Part shown: one piece after another, positions 53,551 to 64,000 of the stretch
Numbering within the stretch: the first letter of the stretch is position 1
Layout: each line of letters begins with the position of its first letter
NCBI RefSeq assembly: GCF_006345805.1
Contig: NC_043002.1
Span: forward strand, 40,424,001 to 40,488,000
Source of the DNA: Octopus sinensis
Taxonomy: Eukaryota
Direction: 5' to 3'
Length of the DNA stretch: 64,000 bases
Program-made: the position numbers and the translations under genes
Notes under the pieces: model-generated
Seen by the model: only the letters and a program-made list of their open reading frames with translations
The model's database searches: none
What the model was told of the DNA's origin: nothing

Positions 53551-54586
53551 TCAGAGATATTTCATATATAATGTTTCAGCATCTCCTTGCTCATTTAAAC
53601 TATTTCTTTTGTCACAAGCCAATCAGGGATCATCTACATGGTTGTTTGACTTGTAAGAAATAGACAACAATTCTCAATTCTTAAAGGTACACCTTACCAT
53701 GTTTAAAAAAATGACTCACTGGATAATGTTTGGATAATGTAAGTTTGAAAAAATAAAAGATGACCTGGTCCTGGTCAGAATGGCTTTGGTCATAAGTCTG
53801 CTAAATCCAAATTGGCTTTGAGCTAAATAACAATTATTATCATATTAATCATCTTGATTATTTACATAATTACTGCTATCGGACTTTTAATGTTTCAGAA
53901 GACCTGACTAGTGCCAGTCAGGTGACAACCATTGTCACCATCAGTATTGCTCTCATCATCAGTATTATTCATGAAGATTTTCTTCACACACACAAATATA
54001 TAAATACATTTACACAAACCCACAAGTTTAATTATTTTATGAATCTCTAGAATCTATCAGCAGGAGTGTTATTTAGATCTGTTTTGTTTTTTTGAGCAGC
54101 TTAGAGACTAATATTTTCCCTGGAACAATAAAGAAAAAAGCAGTTGTCATTATCGCTAATCATTCTCCTCTCAGAATTCTTTATATTTATGATAGCGAGG
54201 TGAACTGTTAGTTAGTTGAGTACTCATGTTCAAAGAATATCAGGCTACCAGAGCCTTCCAATGATCTCCATCAAATACAAGAATATAACAACAAGAATAA
54301 TTGTTGTCACTGACATCATCATCATTTTAACGTCCATTTTTCCATGTTTGCATGGATCAGACAGAATTTGTTGATGTGATGCAGATTTTCTACAGCTGGA
54401 TACCCTTCCTGTTGCCAACCTTCACTTGTTTCCAAGTAAGATAATATTTCCCTATGACCTGACATATTTCTTTGGAAGATTGGAAATAAACAACGTGGCT
54501 TATGTGATAGTAACATTCACTTATAACTGACATGCAATGTCAAGACAAAATGGCACAAAAACACAAATACATATGATGGGTTTCTT

Positions 54587-54846
54587 ATTTCTTTATTGCC
54601 CACAAGGGGCTAAACATAGAGGGGACAAACAAGGACAGACAAAGTCGATTACTTCAACCCCAGTGTGTAACTGGTACTTAATTTATCGACCCCGAAAGGA
54701 TGAAAGGCAATGTCAACCTCGGTAGAATTTGAAATCAGAACGAAATGGCGGACGAAAGGCTTAGCGGTATTTCGTCTGCCATTTAGCAGACGAAATACCG
54801 CTAAGCCTTTCGCCCGCCATGCTAACGTTTCTGCCAGCTCGCCGCT
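54587..54846 (-). mobile_element. SINE family A copy carrying an internal 35-bp inverted duplication
   Basis: Matches 24763-24993 and 57331-57559 except for extra inverted sequence at 54745-54785; nested in a family C/RTE-tail repeat. Confidence 0.9.
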
Positions 54847-55593
54847 TTATTCTTTCAGTTTCTGCCTATCAAATGTATATCTATTATTTTAAAAAATAAT
54901 CAAGAATTTGCTTTCATTTAGCAAAATAGCTTTTTCATTAATTGGCATTTTTAAACTGATATTTTGAACATAATGAAAGGCTCCTGCATAAAATTATGAT
55001 TTTAATTTAAATATTAACCCTTCAAATCAGAAGGTTTTGTATCAAAGAACCAGAGGCAATCTCAGGTAGATTTAATGTACATCTTAACTTGAACTGAGAT
55101 GTTATTGTATTACTGTATCGATCAGACTATTAGATGTTGATTTACATTGCTTGCCACAATGTGCTTCCTCACATCGTAGCTTTGGAATCATATCAGCCTG
55201 CTGGTTAGGTGGACAGGCCAATGTTTCCCCCAAATGAAATGCCAACCTGTTGCAGGTTGTACTGAATGGATTGGAGCAGTGTGAAATGAAGGGTTTTGCT
55301 CAAGAACACAATACACAAGCCACGATCTTGCAATCAAGAGTGCAACACTCTAACCATTAAGCCATGTGCCTTCACCGAGAAGTAAATTTTTGAAAATCCA
55401 TATTCACAACAAGCAGATTCAGTTATTTCACCATGTTTTGAATATTGAAAAATATAAGTTAATCTCTTTCCACATGATGATATATAATCTAAACCCTTAA
55501 AGTGAATGATGTTAGTATGATGATAGTAATGTACATTACGCATAAGTACAGTGAACATACTATTTACTACAGAATCACATTAACTACATACAA

Positions 55594-55893
55594 ATGCAAT
55601 TCAATTGCTAAGGCATTGGCTTATGACAGGTAGTTTCAATGTGTTTGCATTAAAAGCTTTCTTTGTTCACTTTCGCAATGCTTGCTGGAGAGATGTAGTA
55701 GTTATACTACAAAAACACATTAAATTAAGACAAGTGCTGAGGATGCAATCTAATTGTCAAAGCATTGGCTTATGACAAGTTGTTCTTTCATTTGTTTTTG
55801 TATTAAAAAGCTTTCTTTGTTCACATTGGCAGTGTTTGCTAGGGAGGTGAAGTAGTTATACTATAGAAATATATTAAATCAGGACAAAAGCTG
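55594..55893. repeat. ~150-bp tandem duplication, 2 diverged copies
   Basis: Both units contain gcattggcttatgaca, aaaagctttctttgttcac and gtagttatacta. Confidence 0.88.
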
Positions 55894-56564
55894 AAAATTG
55901 TTCACCCCATACCCCACTCCCATTCCTGTGTCCCCTGCACTTTAGACTGAAGTTAGGATGGGTTGGTTACTTGGCTGGCCTTAAAGTGAAATGACTGAAT
56001 CAATCTCATGAGAATTGAATAGCTGTTAAACATCAAATGTTATGCACAAAAGTTGATAATATATGAAGATGCTTTATGATTTTATAGCTTTTTGAAGTAT
56101 AAGGTATTGCAATATGATTGAAAAAGAAAAAAAACAAAACAAAAATGTCTAGATATCTTTTACTGTCTCATCTCTCTCTCTCTCTCTTTCAATAATATAA
56201 AGTTTGTTTATTATTAATCAATGCTTGGTACTAATGCTCCTATTTTTATTCTGACCAGGTGGTTCACTAGTGCAACTCAGTCCACTGATGCTGACTTTTT
56301 TTAAAGTTAAGGATATGGCTTTGAATCTGCCCAGGGTTATCTCTCTTCAGTATTTTCCATTGAGGAAGGCTAAAGAGCCAGAAATGCATGTCTGGGAATC
56401 TGGTGGAGGGAAGTACTGGGCAGATATGGTGTTTTACGTCTTTTACCACAAGAAAGAATTTTTTCTCCACATTAACTTCCATGACTTTGAATTTAGAAGT
56501 TAAAATGTCATAAACAAACACGTATGTATGTATGTATGTATGTATGCATGTATATGTGTGTATG

Positions 56565-56595
<31 letters not shown>

Positions 56596-57144
56596 GCATA
56601 TATGCCAGCATATGTACATGCATTCCTACATACATACATACATATATATATATAATATATATATAATTACTAAAGAGGACAGCAAATGTTAAGGCAAGGC
56701 AAACATCTCAAGTCATACACAACTACATGTATAAGTACATAGACATACATATATGTGTAGCTGTACATGTATGCACATACATTAACAACAGCATTATAGT
56801 GCGTTTGGATAAGCAGAAATAAGATAAGTAATCTTATGGGTGCATGTTTTTCTCAAACACACATTATTTAGCTTTAACCAGTCATGCTACAATTCTTTCT
56901 GTTGCATTCATAACTTGGTACATTGGTTTGATATCTCTGTAGTTGCTTTCTTCTAGAACATCTCTTTTGCCCTTGTTGCAGTTGATAATAAAGATGTCAG
57001 TCATTGAGAATGATATAATACCTCCCTGTACTATGTGAAAAAAGTACATGAGTGACTAGTGTGTGTCCTATATTGGTATCTCAGTATGCAAGCATATCCC
57101 TGATGGGGGAGCTGGTTTCTCTGCATCTTTAACTCTTTTTATAC

Positions 57145-57252
57145 CAACCAACCAGCCAACCAAACCAACCAACCAACCAGCCAACCAACCAACCAACCAA
57201 CCAACCAACCAACCAACCAACCAACCAACCAACCAACCAACCAACCAACCAA
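57145..57252. repeat. (AACC)n microsatellite
   Basis: Direct inspection. Confidence 0.95.
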
Positions 57253-57330
57253 AGACTTTTTGGTTCCATGTTAACTTGTGCTAAAGTGATCTATATTAAA
57301 AACCGTCTGTCAAAATTTCATGCTAATATA

Positions 57331-57559
57331 TTTCTTTACTACCCACATGGAGCTAAACACAGATGGGACAAACAAGGACAGACAAAGGGATTAGCTTGAT
57401 TACATCGACCCCAGTGCGTAACTGGTACTTAATTTATCGACTCAGAAAGGATGAAAGGCAAAGTCGACCTCGGCGGAATTTGAACTCGGAACGTAACGAC
57501 AGACGAAATACGGCTACGCATTTCGCCCAGCGTGCTGACGTTTCTGCCAGCTCACCGCC
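57331..57559 (-). mobile_element. Young SINE family A copy with 15-bp TSD
   Basis: tttcatgctaatata at 57316-57330 and 57560-57574; CpGs retained; inserted in a MITE-like sequence ending aaggg|ttaa (about 57694). Confidence 0.93.
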
Positions 57560-57749
57560 TTTCATGCTAATATACATTCCAAACACTCAGCTTTAATGAC
57601 CAAGTCATTTCACTAAATTTGTCATTATTTTAAAAGTTATTGAAACAAAGGCAGCCAGTATATTTCATTAAAAATATGGAAACGGAAGGGTTAACCATAT
57701 TTTTAACCATCCCTGCCAATTTCAATAGCTGGTCTATCAAATAGATCTA

Positions 57750-58565
57750 CATGACAGAGTTACCCCACTCCTTCTCCCTCTTCCTCCCACACATGATTCT
57801 CATTTAACAACCCCTTCTAGTAATGAGAATGAGAGAGCTGCTATCATTTTGTACACATTTTTTGTCAATGATGTCTTGATTAACACTGACACACTGCTTT
57901 GCAATCTAAAACATATCCCACTTTTGATACTCTCATCAAAAAAACATTGGCAAACCTTTTTCTTACTTTCAGCTTCTCTCTGTACTATGTGTACCTGACA
58001 TCTAGTGTTTCTTCTAGCTACCTGATAGGATTATTCGCTTCTGAGTTTCTCCCAGTCTTTCTTAACCTGTCTCTTAGCTTTTATCATTCAATTAACTTCA
58101 CCACTCCATTACAATGCCACTTTCTTCTTAGATGGAACTTTGATATCTGTAGTATGTTTCATTTTTTGTACCTACTTTTTCTAAATTGTCTTGTATCTTT
58201 GAATTTATCTAACTCTTATCTTGAGTTTTGCTCATCCCCAGTAATACTGAATAGTCATTTCTTCACAAAGGAAGGACTTTGTATTAAGAACCAGTTACTC
58301 ATCTCATTTCCTGGGGAATATGAAGTCTATCTGGCTTCTATGTTAATCTAATTTACAGACGATCAGGTGGTTGGCTGGATTCTGTAACTTAGAGCTGCAA
58401 ATGGTTAGGTCTTTAGCATCACAGGAGTCCAAAAGTCTTAAACACTCTTCCTGTTTCTGTATAATAGCATCAACTTGCGTATTCATCAAAATAGCCATCA
58501 TGGAATTTCCCAATATATTTAGTATTTCCAGTCATAATACTGAAGTTGCTGTCAACCATTACTGA
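57750..58565 (-). mobile_element. Degraded LINE APE endonuclease region
   Basis: RLLDSCDAKDLTICSS...HRSQIDFI resembles the RTE endonuclease 'G-RLLEFC...L-I-NT-F...QIDYI'. Confidence 0.65.
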
Positions 58566-58946
58566 GTTAGTCGGCAAGAGGGTCTCTAAAAACAGTCGTT
58601 TTGCTCAATTGCTAGTCCTGGTTGAAGTGCACTATTATTGTCATGTTACTCTTAATAACCTATGGTTAATTATTTTAATTAATTTGTGAGCTTGTTTCAG
58701 TTTCCATCTAACAAATTCACTCACAAGGCTTTGGCTGGACTGAGGCTATAGTAGAAGACATTTGCCCAGAGTGCCACAAACTTTTTACTACACAACCACT
58801 GCTGCACGTGCACACATGCCCACCCCCAAAAAGAAATATATTAAGTTAAGTTTATATATATATATATGTATGAAACTTAATATATTTCATATGTATGGAT
58901 ATCTATCAATCAATCAATCTATAAATATAAAACTTAATATATTTTA

Positions 58947-58985
<39 letters not shown>

Positions 58986-59889
58986 TATATATATATATAT
59001 ATATATCAAAGAGAGACAGGTATGTAGACATATACAGAAGAACAATGAAAAAATAAATAAAAAAAGAAAGCCTCCCTCCTCCATCCCTTACACAGTACAT
59101 AAAAATGATATATACCAGGTGTCAATTTTAGACCAGTGATTGGAGGTTAAAAGCCACTGATTTATTACAGATTGTAATGCTCTGGTTGGCAAGCAGTCAA
59201 AGAGGAAGGCATTTTTCTTATCTCTTCCTCCATCAGGTTTTTAAGTCAGGATTTTAATCCAAACATCAGATTTAAAATCTGTCAATATTTTAACCATCTT
59301 GAGTTTTTTTGTTTTTGATGTAGTAAACCGTTGCTTGGGTTTACAATGTGGGATATTCTAGTTAAATTTTTATGAGCTGGTTAAAATATCTTTTATCTTT
59401 TACTTATTTCAGTCATTAGACTGTGGCCATGCTGGGGCACCACCCTGAAAAATTTTAGTTGAATGAACTGATTGCAGTACTATTTATTTTTTTATGCCTG
59501 GCACTTTATTGGTTGCTTTTGCTGAACTGCTAGGTTACAGGGATGTAAACAAACCAACACAAGCTGTCAAGAGGTGATGCGAGGCAAACTCAGATGCAAA
59601 TCTACACACACACACATAATGGGCTTCTTTCAGTTTCCGCCTACCAAATCTCCTCACAAGGCTTTGGTTGACTCGAAGCTATAGTACAAGGAACCCGCCA
59701 GTGATGCTATGCAATGGTACTGAACCTAGGACCATGTGGCTGGGACGCAAACTTCTTACCACACAATTTGACCAATGTCATTGTTATTAGCATCGGTGTC
59801 ATCATCATAGAATTTGTTGAGAAAGATTTTTATATAGCTGGATGATGCCCTTCTTGTCACCATTCTTCAACTGTTTCCAAGTAAGGTAC

Positions 59890-59934
<45 letters not shown>

Positions 59935-60600
59935 GGCGGTGAGCTGGCAGAAACATTAGCATGCTGGGTGAAATGCTTAGCAGTATTTCACTCATCGCTT
60001 TGATCTGTGTTCAAATTCCCTGAGGTTGACTTTGATTTCATCCTTTCAGGGTCGATAAAATAAGTACCAGTTGAACACTGGCATTGATGTAATCAACTCA
60101 TCCCCTCTCCAAAAGTGGCTACCCTTGTGACAAAATTCGAAACAATAACCACTGTCGCTGTCACCACCACCGCAACCGCCGCCGCCACCACCACCACCAC
60201 CACCATCATTATTAAGGTAGTGAGCTGGCAGAATTGTTAGCATACCAGACAACATGCTTAGTTGTATTTCATCCATCTATACATTCTGAGTTCAAGAGAA
60301 GGTCTACTCTTTTTTGCCTTCAATCCTTTTGGGGTCACCCCAAATTCCAGGCCTTGTGCCTATAGTGGAAAGGATGATTATTATTCAGGTGGTGAACTGG
60401 CAGAATCTTTAGTATGTTGGATAAAATGCTTAGTATTATTTCAGCAGCCTTTGCATTCTGAGTTCAAATTCTGCTCAGGTTGACTGTGTCTTTCATCCTT
60501 TCAGGGTTGGTAAAATAAGTACCAGTTGAACACTAGGTCCGATGTGACATAACCCCTCCTCCAAAACTGCTGGTCTTGTGCCAGAATTTGTCACCTATTA
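59935..60600 (+). mobile_element. Three tandem family A SINE copies between (ATT)n tracts
   Basis: Heads gg(c/t)(g/a)gtga(g/a)ctggcagaa at about 59935, 60216 and 60388. Confidence 0.88.
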
Positions 60601-60606
60601 TTATTG

Positions 60607-60653
<47 letters not shown>

Positions 60654-61329
60654 TCAACTAGTGATAATCGTGCTTCAGATAACACTAAGAAATGGTGGAA
60701 TGCTTTAATGGAATAAATTTAAGTGATTAAGATTAGCTAAGTGGTGATTTGCTTTCTTTGTGGTGTTATCTGTGGATATCTGAATCTTAAATTATGAAAG
60801 ATAAATTGAGTTTCTAAAGTGGAAGGAAAATCAGTTAATGTGCATTAAAACGTCTAGAAATACCACAAAGAAATTGTCTATTTTTCACATTGTCAATACT
60901 GAAAGACAAACACACATGCTTTCCTCTGAAATTCTCTCTCTGTCTCTCTTTCACACATGCAACACCTATCAGAAAACAAGAACTACTTTTTAATCCCAGG
61001 AAACCAAATATTTAATACAAAGACTGGTGGATTAGCAAAATTATTAGAAAATCAGATAAGATGCTTTGCAGTATTTTTCCAGGCTCTTTACATTCTGAAG
61101 TCAAATCCTGCTGAGGTTAACTCAGCTGTTCAACCCTTTTGGTAGGTAAATAAAGTAAAGAGTCTTTCAAATACTGGAATTGATGTACTAACTATATTTC
61201 AGGCTTAGTGCCAATGTAAGAAACAATCATTATGGAATATAATTTATAACTGGTATATGTAATTAAGGCTAGAGTCCAAAATAATACAGTTCAAATAACA
61301 ATAGGTATAAACAGGATCAGTGATGAAAT

Positions 61330-61565
61330 AAAATGCAGACATTGAAACTGGATTGGACATATCCTTACGAGATTAAATAAATGATTGTATGGTGGCACTA
61401 AAGTGGAAGCCTGAGGGGAAAAGAGCAGCAGGGTCTGCTAAAACAACATGGTGAAGGACCATTGACAAGGAAAGAAGGGTGGAGAATGAGACTAAAACAG
61501 TGGCAGAAAACAGGGCTGGTTGAAGAGATCATGTGGCTTTATGTACCTCATGGTATGGAGAAAAC
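61330..61565 (+). mobile_element. RTE LINE C-terminal fragment
   Basis: NWIGHIL...ALKWKPEGKRAAGSAKTTW*RTIDKE. Confidence 0.7.
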
Positions 61566-61860
61566 TAATATGCAATTAAGACAGTATCAAATTAAATGTA
61601 TATACACTGTTGATAGAAACAGTTATTGCAGTATTTCTTCTGAGATAACATCTGTTACGGACGAGCTGTATTAAAAACAGAATAAATATCAGAGGGAGAT
61701 GAAAATTCATTCCATCAGTGACCAGTGACAATATCAATGTATTTTGGCCACTTTGGAACTTTTGGACTGAAATGCATGTGATATTCTTGCTGGCCACTGT
61801 TGGGACTGGACCTTAACAACAACTTCTTACTAGAAATATACATTAGAATGATCTACTTAC

Positions 61861-61922
61861 CCTCCTCGAATATAATCCAAAAATGTGTATACTTTGTCGA
61901 CGGAAAAGCTCAATAAATCTAC
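61861..61922 (-). CDS. CPNE8: Copine-8-like exon (C2B end / linker); first copine exon seen in the window
   Basis: tatag|VDLLSFSVDKVYTFLDYIRG GG|gtaagt; 62 nt, phase 0 to 2; joins the next exon to give FLDYIRGGTQI. Upstream exons presumably lie beyond 64000. Confidence 0.94.
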
Positions 61923-64000
61923 CTATAAAGATAAGATAAAATAAAATAAAATCATATGATAAAAGGACCAATTGTAAGTTTATATAATATTAAGTTATAA
62001 TTGATATCAAGTTTTAATTAAGGCAGTCCAGCATGCAGAGAATTAGTAGAGTTTTGCTTACTCTTTATATTAGTCAGACTGGTGAAAGCAACAATGAAGA
62101 TGAGGATGTCAGTCTGATTAAAATAAACAGTATACATAATATAAATTCATCTCAGAAACATAGAATTGTATTAGTAGACTTATTAGAACATTGGATAGAA
62201 TGCCTTTTGGTATTTTTTCTGACTTTCTGTGCCCTGAGTTCAAATACATTCACAACTTTATCTTTCATTCTTTCAGGGCCAGTAAAAAATATAACAATTT
62301 AGGATGGTGGATTGGCAGAACTATAAGAAATAAGTACAAGCATGGCTGTGGGTAAGAAGATTGTTTCTCAACCACATGGTTCTGCGTTCAGCTCTGCAGT
62401 ATGATACAGGTAAATGTCTTTTCCTATAGCCCTAGATTGATCAAAACCTTGTGAGCGGATTTGATAGATGGAAACTGGAAGGAACCCATCATGTGTATAT
62501 GTACATGTATGTGTGTATGTGTGTCTGTGTGTGTGTGTTTTACTGCCTCCTTGCCTTGACATCACATGATAGTTGTAAAAACAAGTGTTACCATAATGCA
62601 TGCAGTGTCCTTCATTTCCAGCCTTCCATGAAAACATGTCTCATCATGGGAAAATAGTACCTTATTTGGAAACAAGTGAAGGTTGGTGACAGGAAAGGCA
62701 TCCAGCTGTAGAAAATCTGCCTCAACAAATTCTATCTGACTTATGAGAGCATGGAAAAGTAGATGTTAAAATGATGGTGATAACAAAATTGATCTGGATA
62801 TTTTGTAGTATTTGTTCTGGCTCTTTGTGTTCTAAGATCAAATACTTGTGAGGTGAATAAAAATGTACCAGTCCCAGGACAGTGGTTTGATGAGACTGTC
62901 AGAGTGTCACACAAGATGTCATGTGGTATCTGTACTAACCTTTTGTGTTCTGATAGCAGTGACCATTATGAGACTGGTGCTAAGCTGTATTGGCCCTAAA
63001 GCATAGATCTTTCCATTGGATAATATCAGTGACATGATGAGGAGAAATTTGCAAATATGGACAACAGATTGTCTTTAAAAAGAATAACTCAAAAGAACCT
63101 CAAACATTTCAGCAAAGACTTGCCCAAACGTCTGCCTACAGGTAAAGATATATGAGTAACCTTGATCAATAGAGACCTCTAGTTTTAATTAAGGTCTTCC
63201 AGTCAAAGTCAAAAACTAAAGTTTTAATTAAATCTTAATAGTTTACTATATTTAAAATCCAAAGAATCACTCATAACAAGTTAGCAAGTAAATTTAGATG
63301 TACTTGATCAAGTAGCCCAAAATAAGGGCTAAAATTTTTCCAACAAATTTTTTTTATGTGTTTGAAATAAATGCTCACTTGATGGGACATTATGAGTTCA
63401 CAGGAGGTAGCAATTGTCAAGAAAGCACTAATGAGAGAGATGCTGAGTATTAAGGGGTCATAGGCATTTTTAGAAATATAACATTTAAACGAGGTATGGA
63501 ACTTATATCTTAAACACATTTGAAAAAAAAGCAAAAAAAAAACTTATGAATAGAATGTTAGTTGGACATTGTATTATCAATGAGCAAATGCATGTCATAT
63601 GGACATTGTATTATCAGTGAGCAGAAACATGTTGGGGCCTAATATAAATTTCATAATATAAACCTTTGTTTACTTCAGTGTTTTCATAAAAGTTTACCAT
63701 AAAGAGCATTAGTTCATGGAAATATCTAAACAGTGGTGCATACTGGATAGGACAATATCAGAAAATATGGATAATGAACCATCAAACAAAATTAACTTCT
63801 GTTTAATTAAAATAATCTGTCAACTTTTCTTTTTTCTGTTTCTTTTAGTTTCTGTCTACCAAATTCACTCATAAGGTTTTTGGTCAGCTTGGGGTTATAG
63901 TAAAAGAAACTTGCCTGATGTGCTATGCAGTAGGATTGAACTTGAAACTATGTGGTTAGGAAGCAACCAGACAGTCATACCTACACCTTATATCAATATA

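Noticed and set aside
63563-63623. 37-bp-period duplication tggacattgtattatca(a/g)tgagca
   Set aside because: Short two-copy local duplication with no further signal.

Overview
AT-rich, microsatellite- and SINE-dense animal genomic DNA. The repeat landscape resembles an octopus/coleoid cephalopod genome (inference from repeat style, not a database result). Two host genes lie on the minus strand. (1) The 3' part of a copine gene (CPNE8-like): eight GT-AG exons from 61922 down to the stop at 37760 splice in consistent phase and encode the end of C2B plus the whole VWA domain. (2) The first coding exon (4831..5548) and CpG-rich, ETS-motif promoter of a FAM120A-like gene. The rest is transposon debris: a Helitron PIF1 helicase remnant with a partial duplication, several RTE-type LINE pieces, RLE-type (R4/Dong-like, HERO/NeSL-like) and Penelope fragments, a deleted mariner, hAT/mariner/piggyBac-type MITEs, and three tRNA-derived SINE families. 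I find no convincing new multi-gene system. The most unusual signals are in copine introns: a near-perfect 114-bp fold-back whose loop is copied inverted nearby, two more hairpins, a duplicated splice acceptor that would introduce a premature stop, and a candidate intronic enhancer. Repeat boundaries without TSDs are approximate.
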